Below, one piece after another: positions 47,675 to 56,443 of a DNA stretch of 64,000 nucleotides. The translations under genes were made by a program, and so were the position numbers. The number at the start of each line of letters is the position of its first letter. The first letter of the stretch is position 1. The notes beneath the pieces are model-generated. The model worked only from the letters and a program-made list of their open reading frames with translations, did not search any database and was not told the DNA's origin. The DNA is from Nitrosopumilus sp. (GTDB taxonomy: Archaea; Thermoproteota; Nitrososphaeria; Nitrososphaerales; Nitrosopumilaceae): NCBI GenBank assembly GCA_963662625.1, contig OY759726.1:800001-864000 (forward strand), given 5' to 3'.

Positions 47675-48735
47675 CTGACGAAGTGGAACCTGTTCTTCCT
47701 GTAGTTTTTGGACAGCTTCCCCGAGATGGCGATCTTTTGGCCGCAGCGCACGCACCGGTTCTTGCCGTCGAGGTTCCACCGCTCGATGTCGTACCCGAAC
47801 CTCTTGACCGCCACTTCCCCGCAACCCGGGCAGTAGGTGTGCTCCAGCGGGTGGCCCGGGACATTGCCGACATACGCGTAGTTGAGGCCCGCCTCCTTTG
47901 CCACGGCGTGGTGCCTTTCCAGCGTGCCCAGCGGCGTCACGCCGAACTCCATCATCTTGTAGTCCGGGTGAAACCGCAGGAAGTGGATCGGCACGTCGGG
48001 CCCGAACACGTCGCAGACGAACCTGCACAGCCTCCCGGCGTACTCCAGGCTGTCGCCCACCCCGGGGACGACAAGATCCGTTATCTCCACGTGGATCCCG
48101 GTCTTGTCCCGAATCTCGCGCAGCGTGTCGAAGATCGGCCCGGGATCGGGCACCCCGACGTACCTCCTCGTGAACCCGGGCTCCGCGCTGCCCTTAAAGT
48201 CGACCGTGATGGAGTCCAGGAACTGGCCCATCATCCCCACCGACTCCGGGGTGTCGTACCCGTTTGACACGAAGACGTTGAAGAGCCCCCTTGCGTGCGC
48301 CTCGATCCCGCAGTCCCTCGCGAACTCTATGAAGATCGAGGGCTCGTTGTACGTGTAGGCGATCCCGTCCGCCCCGTTCCTGGCCGCCGTCTCGGCCACC
48401 TGGGCGGGCGTCATGTCGGCGCCCTCGACCTTGCGCCTCTGGCTGATGTCGTGGTTCTGGCAGTACCTGCAGAGCCAGTTGCACCCGGTGGTCGCAATGG
48501 AGTATATCTTCGAGCCCGGCCGGTAGTGCGTGACGGGCTTCTTCTCTATGGGATCGACGTGCCCCGAGATTACCTTGCCGTAGACAAACAGGTCCAGCCT
48601 CCCCCCCGAGTTCCCCCGGACCCCGCACAGCCCCACCTGGCCCCTTCCCATCTCGCAGTACCTTGCGCAGGCCGTGCACCTGACCCCGCCGCCCGGGAGC
48701 TTTTCGTAGAGGACCGCCTCCCTGCCCATCCACAT
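47671..48735 (-). CDS. amrS: AmmeMemoRadiSam system radical SAM enzyme
   Basis: DPIEKKP, GCNWLCRYCQN, YTYNEP, RFHP.Y, YVGNV. Confidence 0.9.
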   Translation of the reverse strand: MWMGREAVLYEKLPGGGVRCTACARYCEMGRGQVGLCGVRGNSGGRLDLFVYGKVISGHVDPIEKKPVTHYRPGSKIYSIATTGCNWLCRYCQNHDISQRRKVEGADMTPAQVAETAARNGADGIAYTYNEPSIFIEFARDCGIEAHARGLFNVFVSNGYDTPESVGMMGQFLDSITVDFKGSAEPGFTRRYVGVPDPGPIFDTLREIRDKTGIHVEITDLVVPGVGDSLEYAGRLCRFVCDVFGPDVPIHFLRFHPDYKMMEFGVTPLGTLERHHAVAKEAGLNYAYVGNVPGHPLEHTYCPGCGEVAVKRFGYDIERWNLDGKNRCVRCGQKIAISGKLSKNYRKNRFHFVS

Positions 48736-48806
48736 GTTACGGGGCCTTTCCCATATAAGGTGCGCCCATTCGCAATGCTAAAAGCAAGGGCGGATCCAGC
48801 AGCGGC

Positions 48807-49298
48807 ATGAGCAAGCCCGGGAACCTGTGGAGGAAGGTGCACGGGAGGATCGCTAAGAGGCCGACAAACTTTTCGTGGGTGATCGACGGGAAGCTCGCCG
48901 GCTCCGGCATGCCCACCAGCCCCGACGAGCTTGAGTGGGCGCTGAGGCAGGGCGTAAAATCGGTCGTGACGATGACCGAGGATCCGCTGCCGGACGGCTG
49001 GGTGGGCCGGCTGGACTACCTGCACGTCCCGACGCCGGATCTCACCGCGCCGGACATGGACAGGATCGACGCCGCGGTGGACTTTGTCCACGGCCAGATC
49101 AGCAACGGCCGTGCCGCGATGGTTCACTGCGCGGCGGGACTGGGCAGGGCGGGGACCGTCCTGGCATGCTACCTGGTAAAATACCGCGGGTGCTCCGCGG
49201 CCGAGGCCATCGATAGGATCAGGAGCGCGCGGCCGGGCTCCGTCCAGTCAGAGGTGCAGGAGCTGGCAATCGGCCTTTACGAAAAGCACGTCGGCTGA
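48807..49298 (+). CDS. Dual-specificity protein phosphatase
   Basis: VHCAAGLGRAG CX5R motif. Confidence 0.93.
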   Translation: MSKPGNLWRKVHGRIAKRPTNFSWVIDGKLAGSGMPTSPDELEWALRQGVKSVVTMTEDPLPDGWVGRLDYLHVPTPDLTAPDMDRIDAAVDFVHGQISNGRAAMVHCAAGLGRAGTVLACYLVKYRGCSAAEAIDRIRSARPGSVQSEVQELAIGLYEKHVG

Positions 49299-49301
49299 CC
49301 C

Positions 49302-49457
49302 CTACTCGAACTCCGAGACCAGCTTCCCGTCGGCCACCCTTATCTTGAGCCTCTTGCCCTCTTGGAACACCAGGGTGATCTGGCCGTCGGAATCGGGATC
49401 CTCCACCTTGACCAGCTCCGCCATCTTTATCCGCTCGAACTTGTCCATGCGCGCCAC
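49302..49457 (-). CDS. Microprotein B (51 aa), paralog of 49458..49610
   Basis: MARMDKFERIKMAELVKVEDPDSDGQITLVFQEGKRLKIRVADGKLVSEFE; not in ORF track. Confidence 0.72.
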   Translation of the reverse strand: MARMDKFERIKMAELVKVEDPDSDGQITLVFQEGKRLKIRVADGKLVSEFE

Positions 49458-49610
49458 CTACTCGGGGATCGAGACTGTCTCCAGCTTTCCGTCCACCGCC
49501 TTTACGAACAGGAACCTGTTGTCCTTGAAGATGAACGTGATCCCGCCCTCCTTGTCGGGCTCCTCGACCTCTAGTATCGGCTGCCCCAGCAGCCCGTCGT
49601 ACTTTGCCAC
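49458..49610 (-). CDS. Microprotein A (50 aa)
   Basis: MAKYDGLLGQPILEVEEPDKEGGITFIFKDNRFLFVKAVDGKLETVSIPE; TATA-like element near 49635. Confidence 0.75.
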   Translation of the reverse strand: MAKYDGLLGQPILEVEEPDKEGGITFIFKDNRFLFVKAVDGKLETVSIPE

Positions 49611-49639
49611 GCCTACCGTCGGGGGGCGTTCCTTATATC

Positions 49640-50176
49640 CTAATTGATTGCCACCACGGCCTCGCCGGAGTGGTTCTTGACGGTCCCGGGCTCGGTGTAC
49701 TCGTGCCTCTGCCAGGACGCAAACACCTCGGCGCCTATCTTGTGCCTGCCCCTGCCCAGGTCCGACGCCGCAAACACGAACTTCTCGTCAAAGTCGAACA
49801 GTTCCTGCCTCACCTCCTCCTCGGACAGCCTGATGAAGGGCTCGAAGTTTTTCGCCACCTGGACCCAGATCCTCCTGTCCTTCATGGGGTTTACGAGCTT
49901 CGGGTTCCTCGTCCAGAAGATCGACGCCTTCCTGTAGGTGTCTATGGTCCTGCCCAGCCCGTGCTTCCTCAGCCCGCCCGAGGTAAGCTTCACGCCATAC
50001 TTCATCTTGAACGACACGTCGTTTTTGTTGTACGCCCGGGTCCAGTTTTCCTCGTTGAACGCCTCCCTGACGTCCCCGCCCACCGCGAACTTCACGCGGA
50101 CCTCCACGTTCTCGCCCAGGAGGTACTCGTCCTTGGACTTTTCCAGCCGGATCTCGGAAATCATGCTCTCCCCCAT
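49640..50176 (-). CDS. Conserved hypothetical protein
   Basis: Genome-typical codon usage; start 50176 or 50164; the longer ORF overlapping rpoL is unlikely. Confidence 0.72.
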   Translation of the reverse strand: MGESMISEIRLEKSKDEYLLGENVEVRVKFAVGGDVREAFNEENWTRAYNKNDVSFKMKYGVKLTSGGLRKHGLGRTIDTYRKASIFWTRNPKLVNPMKDRRIWVQVAKNFEPFIRLSEEEVRQELFDFDEKFVFAASDLGRGRHKIGAEVFASWQRHEYTEPGTVKNHSGEAVVAIN

Positions 50177-50285
50177 CCCAATCGCCCATGGTGGCCCCCA
50201 CGCCCTTAATATTCTATAAAGGGGCCTGCCCGGCCGGGCGCGCGAGGCATGATTTATATCCGCAGTGGGCGCTTTCCCCGAATAC

Positions 50286-50564
50286 ATGAATGCGCAGGTA
50301 ATCAGTTCGGACGAGAAGGAGATCAGCCTCTCAATCACGGACACCGACGTCGGAATCCTGTATATCATCCAGCAGGAGCTCCTGAAGGACTCCAACACGG
50401 ACTTTGCCGGGGTCATAGTCAAGCACCCGTTGACGAACGAGTGCTGGATGAGGATCAACTCAAAGTCAAAGCCCATCGCGCAGGTCAAAAAGGCGGCGGA
50501 TTCCGCAATAAAGATCGCCGATGAGTTCAAACAATTATTTAATTCCGCGATCAAGGGAAACTAG
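50286..50564 (+). CDS. rpoL: RNA polymerase subunit L (Rpo11)
   Basis: FAG...KHPL motif; upstream of tfs and pcn. Confidence 0.85.
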   Translation: MNAQVISSDEKEISLSITDTDVGILYIIQQELLKDSNTDFAGVIVKHPLTNECWMRINSKSKPIAQVKKAADSAIKIADEFKQLFNSAIKGN

Positions 50565-50876
50565 ATGAAGTTTTGCCCCGTCTGTGAGACCAAACTAAAA
50601 AAAGGGGACTCTGGCCTCAAGTGCGCCAAGTGCGGCCACACCGAGGGCGGCGGGGACAGGCCGCCAAGGCAGGTAGAGGAGGACTTTGAGCCGGAACTGG
50701 ACGTGATGTCGGAGAGCGACTCCGGCGAGACAATGCCCACGGTCGAAATGGAGTGCCAAAAGTGCGGGAACAAAGAGGCCGTGTGGTGGATGCTTCAGAC
50801 GAGGAGCGCCGACGAGCCGACCACCCAGTTTTACCGGTGCACGAAGTGCAAATTCACCTGGCGCGACTATGCGTAA
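50565..50876 (+). CDS. tfs: Transcription factor S
   Basis: MKFCPVC...CQKC...QTRSADEP...C..C. Confidence 0.94.
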   Translation: MKFCPVCETKLKKGDSGLKCAKCGHTEGGGDRPPRQVEEDFEPELDVMSESDSGETMPTVEMECQKCGNKEAVWWMLQTRSADEPTTQFYRCTKCKFTWRDYA

Positions 50877-50915
50877 ACGTTTAAACTAGCACGCCCAGCT
50901 CCACAAGACTGGCCA

Positions 50916-51662
50916 ATGACTTTTGAAGCGAAAACCAGCGGCTCGGACGATCTCAAAGCCATAATATCCGCCATCTCGACGCTTGTCGAGGAGGCGACCT
51001 TCGTGGCCACCACGGAGGGCATCACCTTCAGGGGGATGGATCCCTCGCACGTGGCGCTGATCGACATCTCCTGGCCGAACTCCGCCTTTGAAAAATATGA
51101 GTGCGACGCGGACATAAAATTCGGGGTGCGCATCGACGAGTTTTCCAAGCTCATCAAGCGGGCGGAAAAAAAAGACGGCATCGAGATCAGCATCTCCGAG
51201 CAGAACATGCTGCTGGTAACCATCGGCAAAAACAAGAAATACAAGATGCGCCTGATCGAAAGCTCCGCCACCGACACGCCGCTGCCAAAGATCCCGTACG
51301 ACGCCAAAATCACGATGGCGTCGTCAAGGTTCGACAAGATCCTGGGAGACGTGCAGGTGGTCTCCGACTACCTGACCATGCACACCGCCGACTCCAAGGC
51401 GGACTTTTCCGGCAAGGGCGACTCCGGCGAGGTGGTGATTGACATCGACAAGGACGAAAAAGACGTCGAGGAGATCTCCTCAAAAGAGGACAGCTCCGGC
51501 ACGTACAGCCTCGAGTACCTCAACCCGGTCGTCAAGGCGGTGGGGAACACCGCCGGCCTGGTCTCGTGCGAGTTTTCAACCGCAAAGCCGCTCAGGATCG
51601 AGTTCAAGGTGGCCAACATAGGCAGGATCCATTTCTACCTGGCCCCGCGCGTGGAAAGTTAA
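50916..51662 (+). CDS. pcn: PCNA sliding clamp
   Basis: MDPSHVALI, YSLEYL, FYLAPR. Confidence 0.97.
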   Translation: MTFEAKTSGSDDLKAIISAISTLVEEATFVATTEGITFRGMDPSHVALIDISWPNSAFEKYECDADIKFGVRIDEFSKLIKRAEKKDGIEISISEQNMLLVTIGKNKKYKMRLIESSATDTPLPKIPYDAKITMASSRFDKILGDVQVVSDYLTMHTADSKADFSGKGDSGEVVIDIDKDEKDVEEISSKEDSSGTYSLEYLNPVVKAVGNTAGLVSCEFSTAKPLRIEFKVANIGRIHFYLAPRVES

Positions 51663-51696
51663 AGAATTTAAAGATTAACCCATTCAGGTAACTTGG

Positions 51697-53094
51697 ATGA
51701 AACTCGTTCTAAAGTACGGCGGCGCGTCTATATCGTCTGCCAAGGACATACAGGGGGCGGCGCGGCACATCAACTCCCTGTCGAAGAAGAACACGGTCGC
51801 GGTGGTGTGCTCCGCGACAAGCGGCACCACCGACGACCTGATCGAGATCTCCAAGTCAATAAAAAGGGAGAACAAGGGAAGGGCAAGGAAGATCGCCGCG
51901 AGGGTAACCAAAAAGCACAACGATCTGGCCCGGAAGGCGGTCAAAAAGCCGGGTAACGGGAAAAGGCTACTGCGGAAACTCGAGCAGGACTTTGCGGAAC
52001 TTGACGCCCTGATTGACGGGATGGTGCTGCTGGGTGAGGTGACCCCCAGGACGATGGACTACCTGATCTCGTTTGGCGAGCGGCTCTCGATAAAACTGGT
52101 ATCGGCCGCCCTGGTCGACCTGGGACTCAAGTCCGCCCCGCTGACCGGCAAGGAGGCGGGGATCGTCACCGACTCCAACTTCGGCAGCTCAAAGCCGCTG
52201 ATGGACACCACCAGCCTGCGGGTGTCAAAGACCGCCGGGGCGCTGTTCTCTAAGAACACGATCCCGGTGATCGGGGGGTTCGCGGGCGCCGACCAGCACG
52301 GGCACGTGACCACGCTTGGAAGGGGGGGATCCGACTACACGGCCACAATAATCGGCTCCTGCATAAGGTCCGACGAGATATGGCTGATGAGCGACGTCGA
52401 CGGCCTGATGACGGCAGATCCCGGCATCGTCAAAAACGCAAAACTGCTCAAGGAGGTCTCCTACGCCGAGGCGGTCGAGATGGCGATGTTCGGGGCAAAG
52501 CAGATACACCCGCGCACCTTCGAGCCGCTGCTGTCCGGGAAGATCCCCATGAGGATCCGCAGCTCTTTCAACACGGAAAACGAGGGCACCCTGGTCACCG
52601 CCTCGCCCACCGCAAACAACACGGTCAAGTGCGTCAGCAACATACGGCACAACGGGCTGATCGACATACGCGGCGGCAGCATGGTGGGAAACCCCGGCAC
52701 GGCGGCGCGGATATTCGACACGCTCGCCGAGGCCGGGATCAACGTGATGATGATATCCCAGAACCCCTCGGAGTCAAGCATCACCATCGTCGTGAAAAAC
52801 ACCGCACTCGACAAGGCCGTCGGCGTGCTGGAGATGGGACTGCTGGGAAAGATCATCAAGAAGCTCGAAGTGACCACCGATGTCGCGATCATCGCGCTTA
52901 TAGGCTCCGGCATGAGGGGGACCGTGGGCGTCGCCTCGAAGGTCTTCGGCGCGATCCAGAACAACGGCGTCAACGTAGCGATGATCACCCAGGGATCCTC
53001 GGAACTCAACCTGGCGTTCGTCGTGAAGGACTCCAACACGGAGACGGCGGTAAGGGCCCTCCACGACGCGTTTGAGCTAGACAAGATTAACTAA
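51697..53094 (+). CDS. lysC: Aspartate kinase
   Basis: KYGGAS, TTLGRGGSDY, DVDGLMTADP, two ACT domains. Confidence 0.96.
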   Translation: MKLVLKYGGASISSAKDIQGAARHINSLSKKNTVAVVCSATSGTTDDLIEISKSIKRENKGRARKIAARVTKKHNDLARKAVKKPGNGKRLLRKLEQDFAELDALIDGMVLLGEVTPRTMDYLISFGERLSIKLVSAALVDLGLKSAPLTGKEAGIVTDSNFGSSKPLMDTTSLRVSKTAGALFSKNTIPVIGGFAGADQHGHVTTLGRGGSDYTATIIGSCIRSDEIWLMSDVDGLMTADPGIVKNAKLLKEVSYAEAVEMAMFGAKQIHPRTFEPLLSGKIPMRIRSSFNTENEGTLVTASPTANNTVKCVSNIRHNGLIDIRGGSMVGNPGTAARIFDTLAEAGINVMMISQNPSESSITIVVKNTALDKAVGVLEMGLLGKIIKKLEVTTDVAIIALIGSGMRGTVGVASKVFGAIQNNGVNVAMITQGSSELNLAFVVKDSNTETAVRALHDAFELDKIN

Positions 53095-53128
53095 ACTGAT
53101 TTAAATACGGCCCGCCCCCAAGAGTGGC

Positions 53129-53605
53129 GTGAAGGGGCAACTCGTAATTTTTGCGGCCGCCGCACTCGCGGCGGGCCTGTTGGCGGTGTCCGTTGCCTCC
53201 GACCAGTTCGCCGACGCCGGCCCCAGGAAAAAGATACACTTTACCGACACCATCACATCGTCGCAGGATCCGGGACAGGGCCACGAAAGCCACCAGATGG
53301 CGATGGTCCTGCCGCCCAGCGAGGGGGCGATCTACGACGGTTCTATGACGTTTGCCTCCAGCGCGCCCATGCAGGTGGCCGTCCTGCACGAGATCGGCCC
53401 CAACGACTCCAGGGGGCAGCCCGTATGGACCGTTGACGGGGAGAAGTTCTACGGGATCTCGCTGATGACCACCGACTTGAAGGCAAGCTCCTTCGAGTTT
53501 ACGGGAGCCGCCCTGGCCTTCCACGCGCCGAGCCCGGAAGAGTTTACCGTGACGGTGAGCGTCGACGCGTGGATACGCGAACCGCTAACCCAGGCATTCC
53601 GCTAG
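53129..53605 (+). CDS. Truncated duplicate: signal peptide plus N-terminal domain of 54148..55605
   Basis: First 112 aa identical; diverges after VDAWIR. Confidence 0.7.
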   Translation: MKGQLVIFAAAALAAGLLAVSVASDQFADAGPRKKIHFTDTITSSQDPGQGHESHQMAMVLPPSEGAIYDGSMTFASSAPMQVAVLHEIGPNDSRGQPVWTVDGEKFYGISLMTTDLKASSFEFTGAALAFHAPSPEEFTVTVSVDAWIREPLTQAFR

Positions 53606-53785
53606 GCCCCGGCATGAGGGGGACCGTGGGAGCCGCCCCGAAGGCCTTCGGCGCGATCCAGAACAACGGCGTCAACGCAGCGATGATCACCCGGGGATCC
53701 TCGGAACCCAGCCTGGCGTTCGTCGTGAAGGACTCTGATTCGGAGACGGCGGTAAGGGTCCTCCCACGACGCGCTTGAGCTAGAC
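53603..53785 (+). pseudogene. lysC: Decayed copy of lysC 3' end
   Basis: 15 substitutions and a +1 indel versus 52901-53082. Confidence 0.9.
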
Positions 53786-54100
53786 CGGGTTGGTTGTGGA
53801 GTCCGGAAAGTCGCACACCCCCACCCGAGCGCGCAAAGCCGGCGTGCCTGTGGCGCGCCGGCATGGCGCAAGGGGTTTAGGGAAACGCGCGAGCCCGGAC
53901 CGTCCAGACAACACGAAACCGGGTGGTTCAAGGACGCGGCGGATCGTGCGGGGGAAGAGGAAGCGGCCCCCCGCAAACGCCGACATGGCGGCCCCCCGTG
54001 CAGGCGCCGGCGCGGCGGGCCCAGAAACTCCGCGCTAGGCGCGAAACCAGCGCAGACGTTCCCCCCGGCGCTAATCCGACTCGAGCCTGAACTTGGACTG
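53786..54100. mobile_element. About 315 bp insertion, possibly a degraded IS remnant
   Basis: Interrupts copy 2 at GAGCTAGA/CAAGATTAAC; no clear terminal inverted repeats. Confidence 0.35.
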
Positions 54101-54147
54101 CAAGATTAACTGAACCGATTTAAATACGGCCCGCCCCCAAGAGTGGC

Positions 54148-55605
54148 GTGAAGGGGCAACTCGTAATTTTTGCGGCCGCCGCACTCGCGGCGGGCCTGTT
54201 GGCGGTGTCCGTTGCCTCCGACCAGTTCGCCGACGCCGGCCCCAGGAAAAAGATACACTTTACCGACACCATCACATCGTCGCAGGATCCGGGACAGGGC
54301 CACGAAAGCCACCAGATGGCGATGGTCCTGCCGCCCAGCGAGGGGGCGATCTACGACGGTTCTATGACGTTTGCCTCCAGCGCGCCCATGCAGGTGGCCG
54401 TCCTGCACGAGATCGGCCCCAACGACTCCAGGGGGCAGCCCGTATGGACCGTTGACGGGGAGAAGTTCTACGGGATCTCGCTGGTGAACACGGGCTCAAA
54501 GGCGGGATCCTTCGAGTTTACGGGAGCCGCCTTGGCCTTCCACGCGCCGAGCCCGGAAGAGTTTGCCGTGACGGTGAGCGTCGACGCGTGGATACGCGGG
54601 CAGCCCGCGGGGATAATCCTGCAGAAACTCGAGTTTGAAAAGGAAGAGCCATCCATGCCGCTGTCCAACACAAGCGTGCCTGCAACCATCCCCATGCACG
54701 GGGGGCTGCATGGCGGCGAGGGAGTCTTCTACATCATGACCGACTCCAGCGACCCGGAGTTCGCCGCGGACGTGTCAGAGAGGCAGGGCTGGCGCGTGGA
54801 ACTCGCGCCCCCGATCGCGGGCGCGCCCGAAAGCTCCCTGCAAACCATCTTCATCTTTACAAACGGCGTAAGGGGGGACGGGCTGTACGGGTACCAGGGG
54901 GAGGTCTTTTCAAGCACTCCCGGAGAACCGGGATACGGCGCACTAAACTCGGTAATCAAGGTCGCCTGGAAGAAAGGCCAGAACGAGGCCGTGCTGGAGT
55001 CCGCGCGGGAAGTCCTGGATGCCGAGGAGGCCGGCAGGGTCACGTTTGACGAGACGGGCATAGTGGTAAACGCCCCACAAATAATCTGGCCCGGCGGGCA
55101 GCTGGAGGCAAGGGACGCCGGGATCTCAGGCGACGCACAGTACGGCGGCGGGCAGGTCACTGGGATAGACCGGGACGGGATGACGGTCACCTTTGTGGCC
55201 CACAGGGGCTGGGGTCCCGACGGCAGGACGATCTACCACATCGTGGCAGACGCGACCCCGCCCGGACCCGCCGGCGTGATGGGGGTGCCCCACTCCCCGG
55301 CCTCCGCAGACCTCATCGCCAGCGCCGCCGCCGCCGATCTCTCCCAGTTCCAGAACGGGGTAAGGGGCCCCGGGCCCCTGGGGTTCCAGGCCGGGATCGC
55401 GGGCGCCGCCACCGGCGATGAGAACTATACCCCGATGTGGCGGGTCTACACCGTGGAATGGAACGATCCCGCGTCGGCGAAGATCCTTGAGACGAAACGC
55501 GATATAGACTCCTCGAAGGAGGGGGGCCTGATCTCCATATCCATCGCGCGGCCCATGAACAGCGATCACATCATAAACCGCCCCATCATAGACCCGTTCC
55601 AGTGA
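54148..55605 (+). CDS. Secreted thaumarchaeal protein with two internal repeats
   Basis: Signal peptide, GHESHQMAM; repeats FYIMTDSS...FTNGVRG.G..GYQ and YHIVADAT...FQNGVRG.G..GFQ. Confidence 0.8.
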   Translation: MKGQLVIFAAAALAAGLLAVSVASDQFADAGPRKKIHFTDTITSSQDPGQGHESHQMAMVLPPSEGAIYDGSMTFASSAPMQVAVLHEIGPNDSRGQPVWTVDGEKFYGISLVNTGSKAGSFEFTGAALAFHAPSPEEFAVTVSVDAWIRGQPAGIILQKLEFEKEEPSMPLSNTSVPATIPMHGGLHGGEGVFYIMTDSSDPEFAADVSERQGWRVELAPPIAGAPESSLQTIFIFTNGVRGDGLYGYQGEVFSSTPGEPGYGALNSVIKVAWKKGQNEAVLESAREVLDAEEAGRVTFDETGIVVNAPQIIWPGGQLEARDAGISGDAQYGGGQVTGIDRDGMTVTFVAHRGWGPDGRTIYHIVADATPPGPAGVMGVPHSPASADLIASAAAADLSQFQNGVRGPGPLGFQAGIAGAATGDENYTPMWRVYTVEWNDPASAKILETKRDIDSSKEGGLISISIARPMNSDHIINRPIIDPFQ

Positions 55606-55648
55606 GTCGCTAAACGGATAAATTACTTGGGGTGGGGATCAACTGTGG

Positions 55649-56443
55649 TTGGCTGGAAAACTGTACATCGTCGGAGTCGGCCCGGGAGACCACGGCCACA
55701 TGACGTTTCGCGCAAAGGAGGCGATCGCCGAAAGCGACACCATCGTGGGATACGAGACCTACGTCAACCTCGTCGCCGACCTGATCGGGGGAAAGACGGT
55801 CTACCGGTACGCCATGACGCAGGAGGTCGAGCGCGCGCACCAGTGCATAGACCTTGCAAAATCCGGGAAGACCGTGTCGCTTGTCTCGAGCGGCGATCCC
55901 GGGATATATGGCATGGCGGGCCTGATCTACGAGACGCTGGCAGAGACGGGCTGGAGCCCCAAGGACGGCCTGCAGGTGGAGGTGATCCCGGGAGTGTCCG
56001 CGCTGAATTCCTGCGCGTCCATCGTCGGCTCCCCCCTGATGACCGATTTCGCGGTGCTCAGCATGAGCGACCTGCTGGTTCCCTGGGAGATAATTGAAAA
56101 GCGCGTGGAGGCCGCAGCCCGGGGGGACTTTGTCATCGTAATCTACAACCCGGCCAGCAAGAAGAGGATCCACCAGCTGCAGGACACCAGGAAGATCCTG
56201 CTAAAGTACAGGAGGCCGGCGACCCCCGTGGCGATAATCAAGGGGGCGTTCAGGTCGTCCCAGACGGTAGTCCTGACTGATCTGCAAAGCCTGCCGGAGC
56301 ATTCCGACAAACTTGGAATGATCAGCACCGTGATCGTGGGCAACTCCTCCACCTACACGTACAAGGACCTGATGATCAACCCCCGGGGCTACAAGTCAAA
56401 ATACAACCTGGAGGGGCAGGCCAGCCCCGGTCCCGGGGCCTAG
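55649..56443 (+). CDS. cbiH: Precorrin-3B C17-methyltransferase
   Basis: VGVGPG, VSSGDPGIYGMAG, DFAVLSMSDLLVPW, YNP, NPRGY. Confidence 0.94.
   Translation: MAGKLYIVGVGPGDHGHMTFRAKEAIAESDTIVGYETYVNLVADLIGGKTVYRYAMTQEVERAHQCIDLAKSGKTVSLVSSGDPGIYGMAGLIYETLAETGWSPKDGLQVEVIPGVSALNSCASIVGSPLMTDFAVLSMSDLLVPWEIIEKRVEAAARGDFVIVIYNPASKKRIHQLQDTRKILLKYRRPATPVAIIKGAFRSSQTVVLTDLQSLPEHSDKLGMISTVIVGNSSTYTYKDLMINPRGYKSKYNLEGQASPGPGA

Larger units (their letters stand above)
52901..54598. repeat. Interrupted tandem duplication (52901-53579 vs 53603-53785 plus 54101-54598)
   Basis: Direct alignment; about 360 bp identical block at offset 1019. Confidence 0.93.

Noticed and set aside
53795-53830. GGAAAGTC as RNase P RNA P4
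   Set aside because: No matching 3' P4 strand seen; lies inside an insertion in a pseudogene
53465-54507. Variable patch between repeats as a DGR template/variable pair
   Set aside because: Differences include C/G and T/C so are not adenine-specific; no reverse transcriptase in the window
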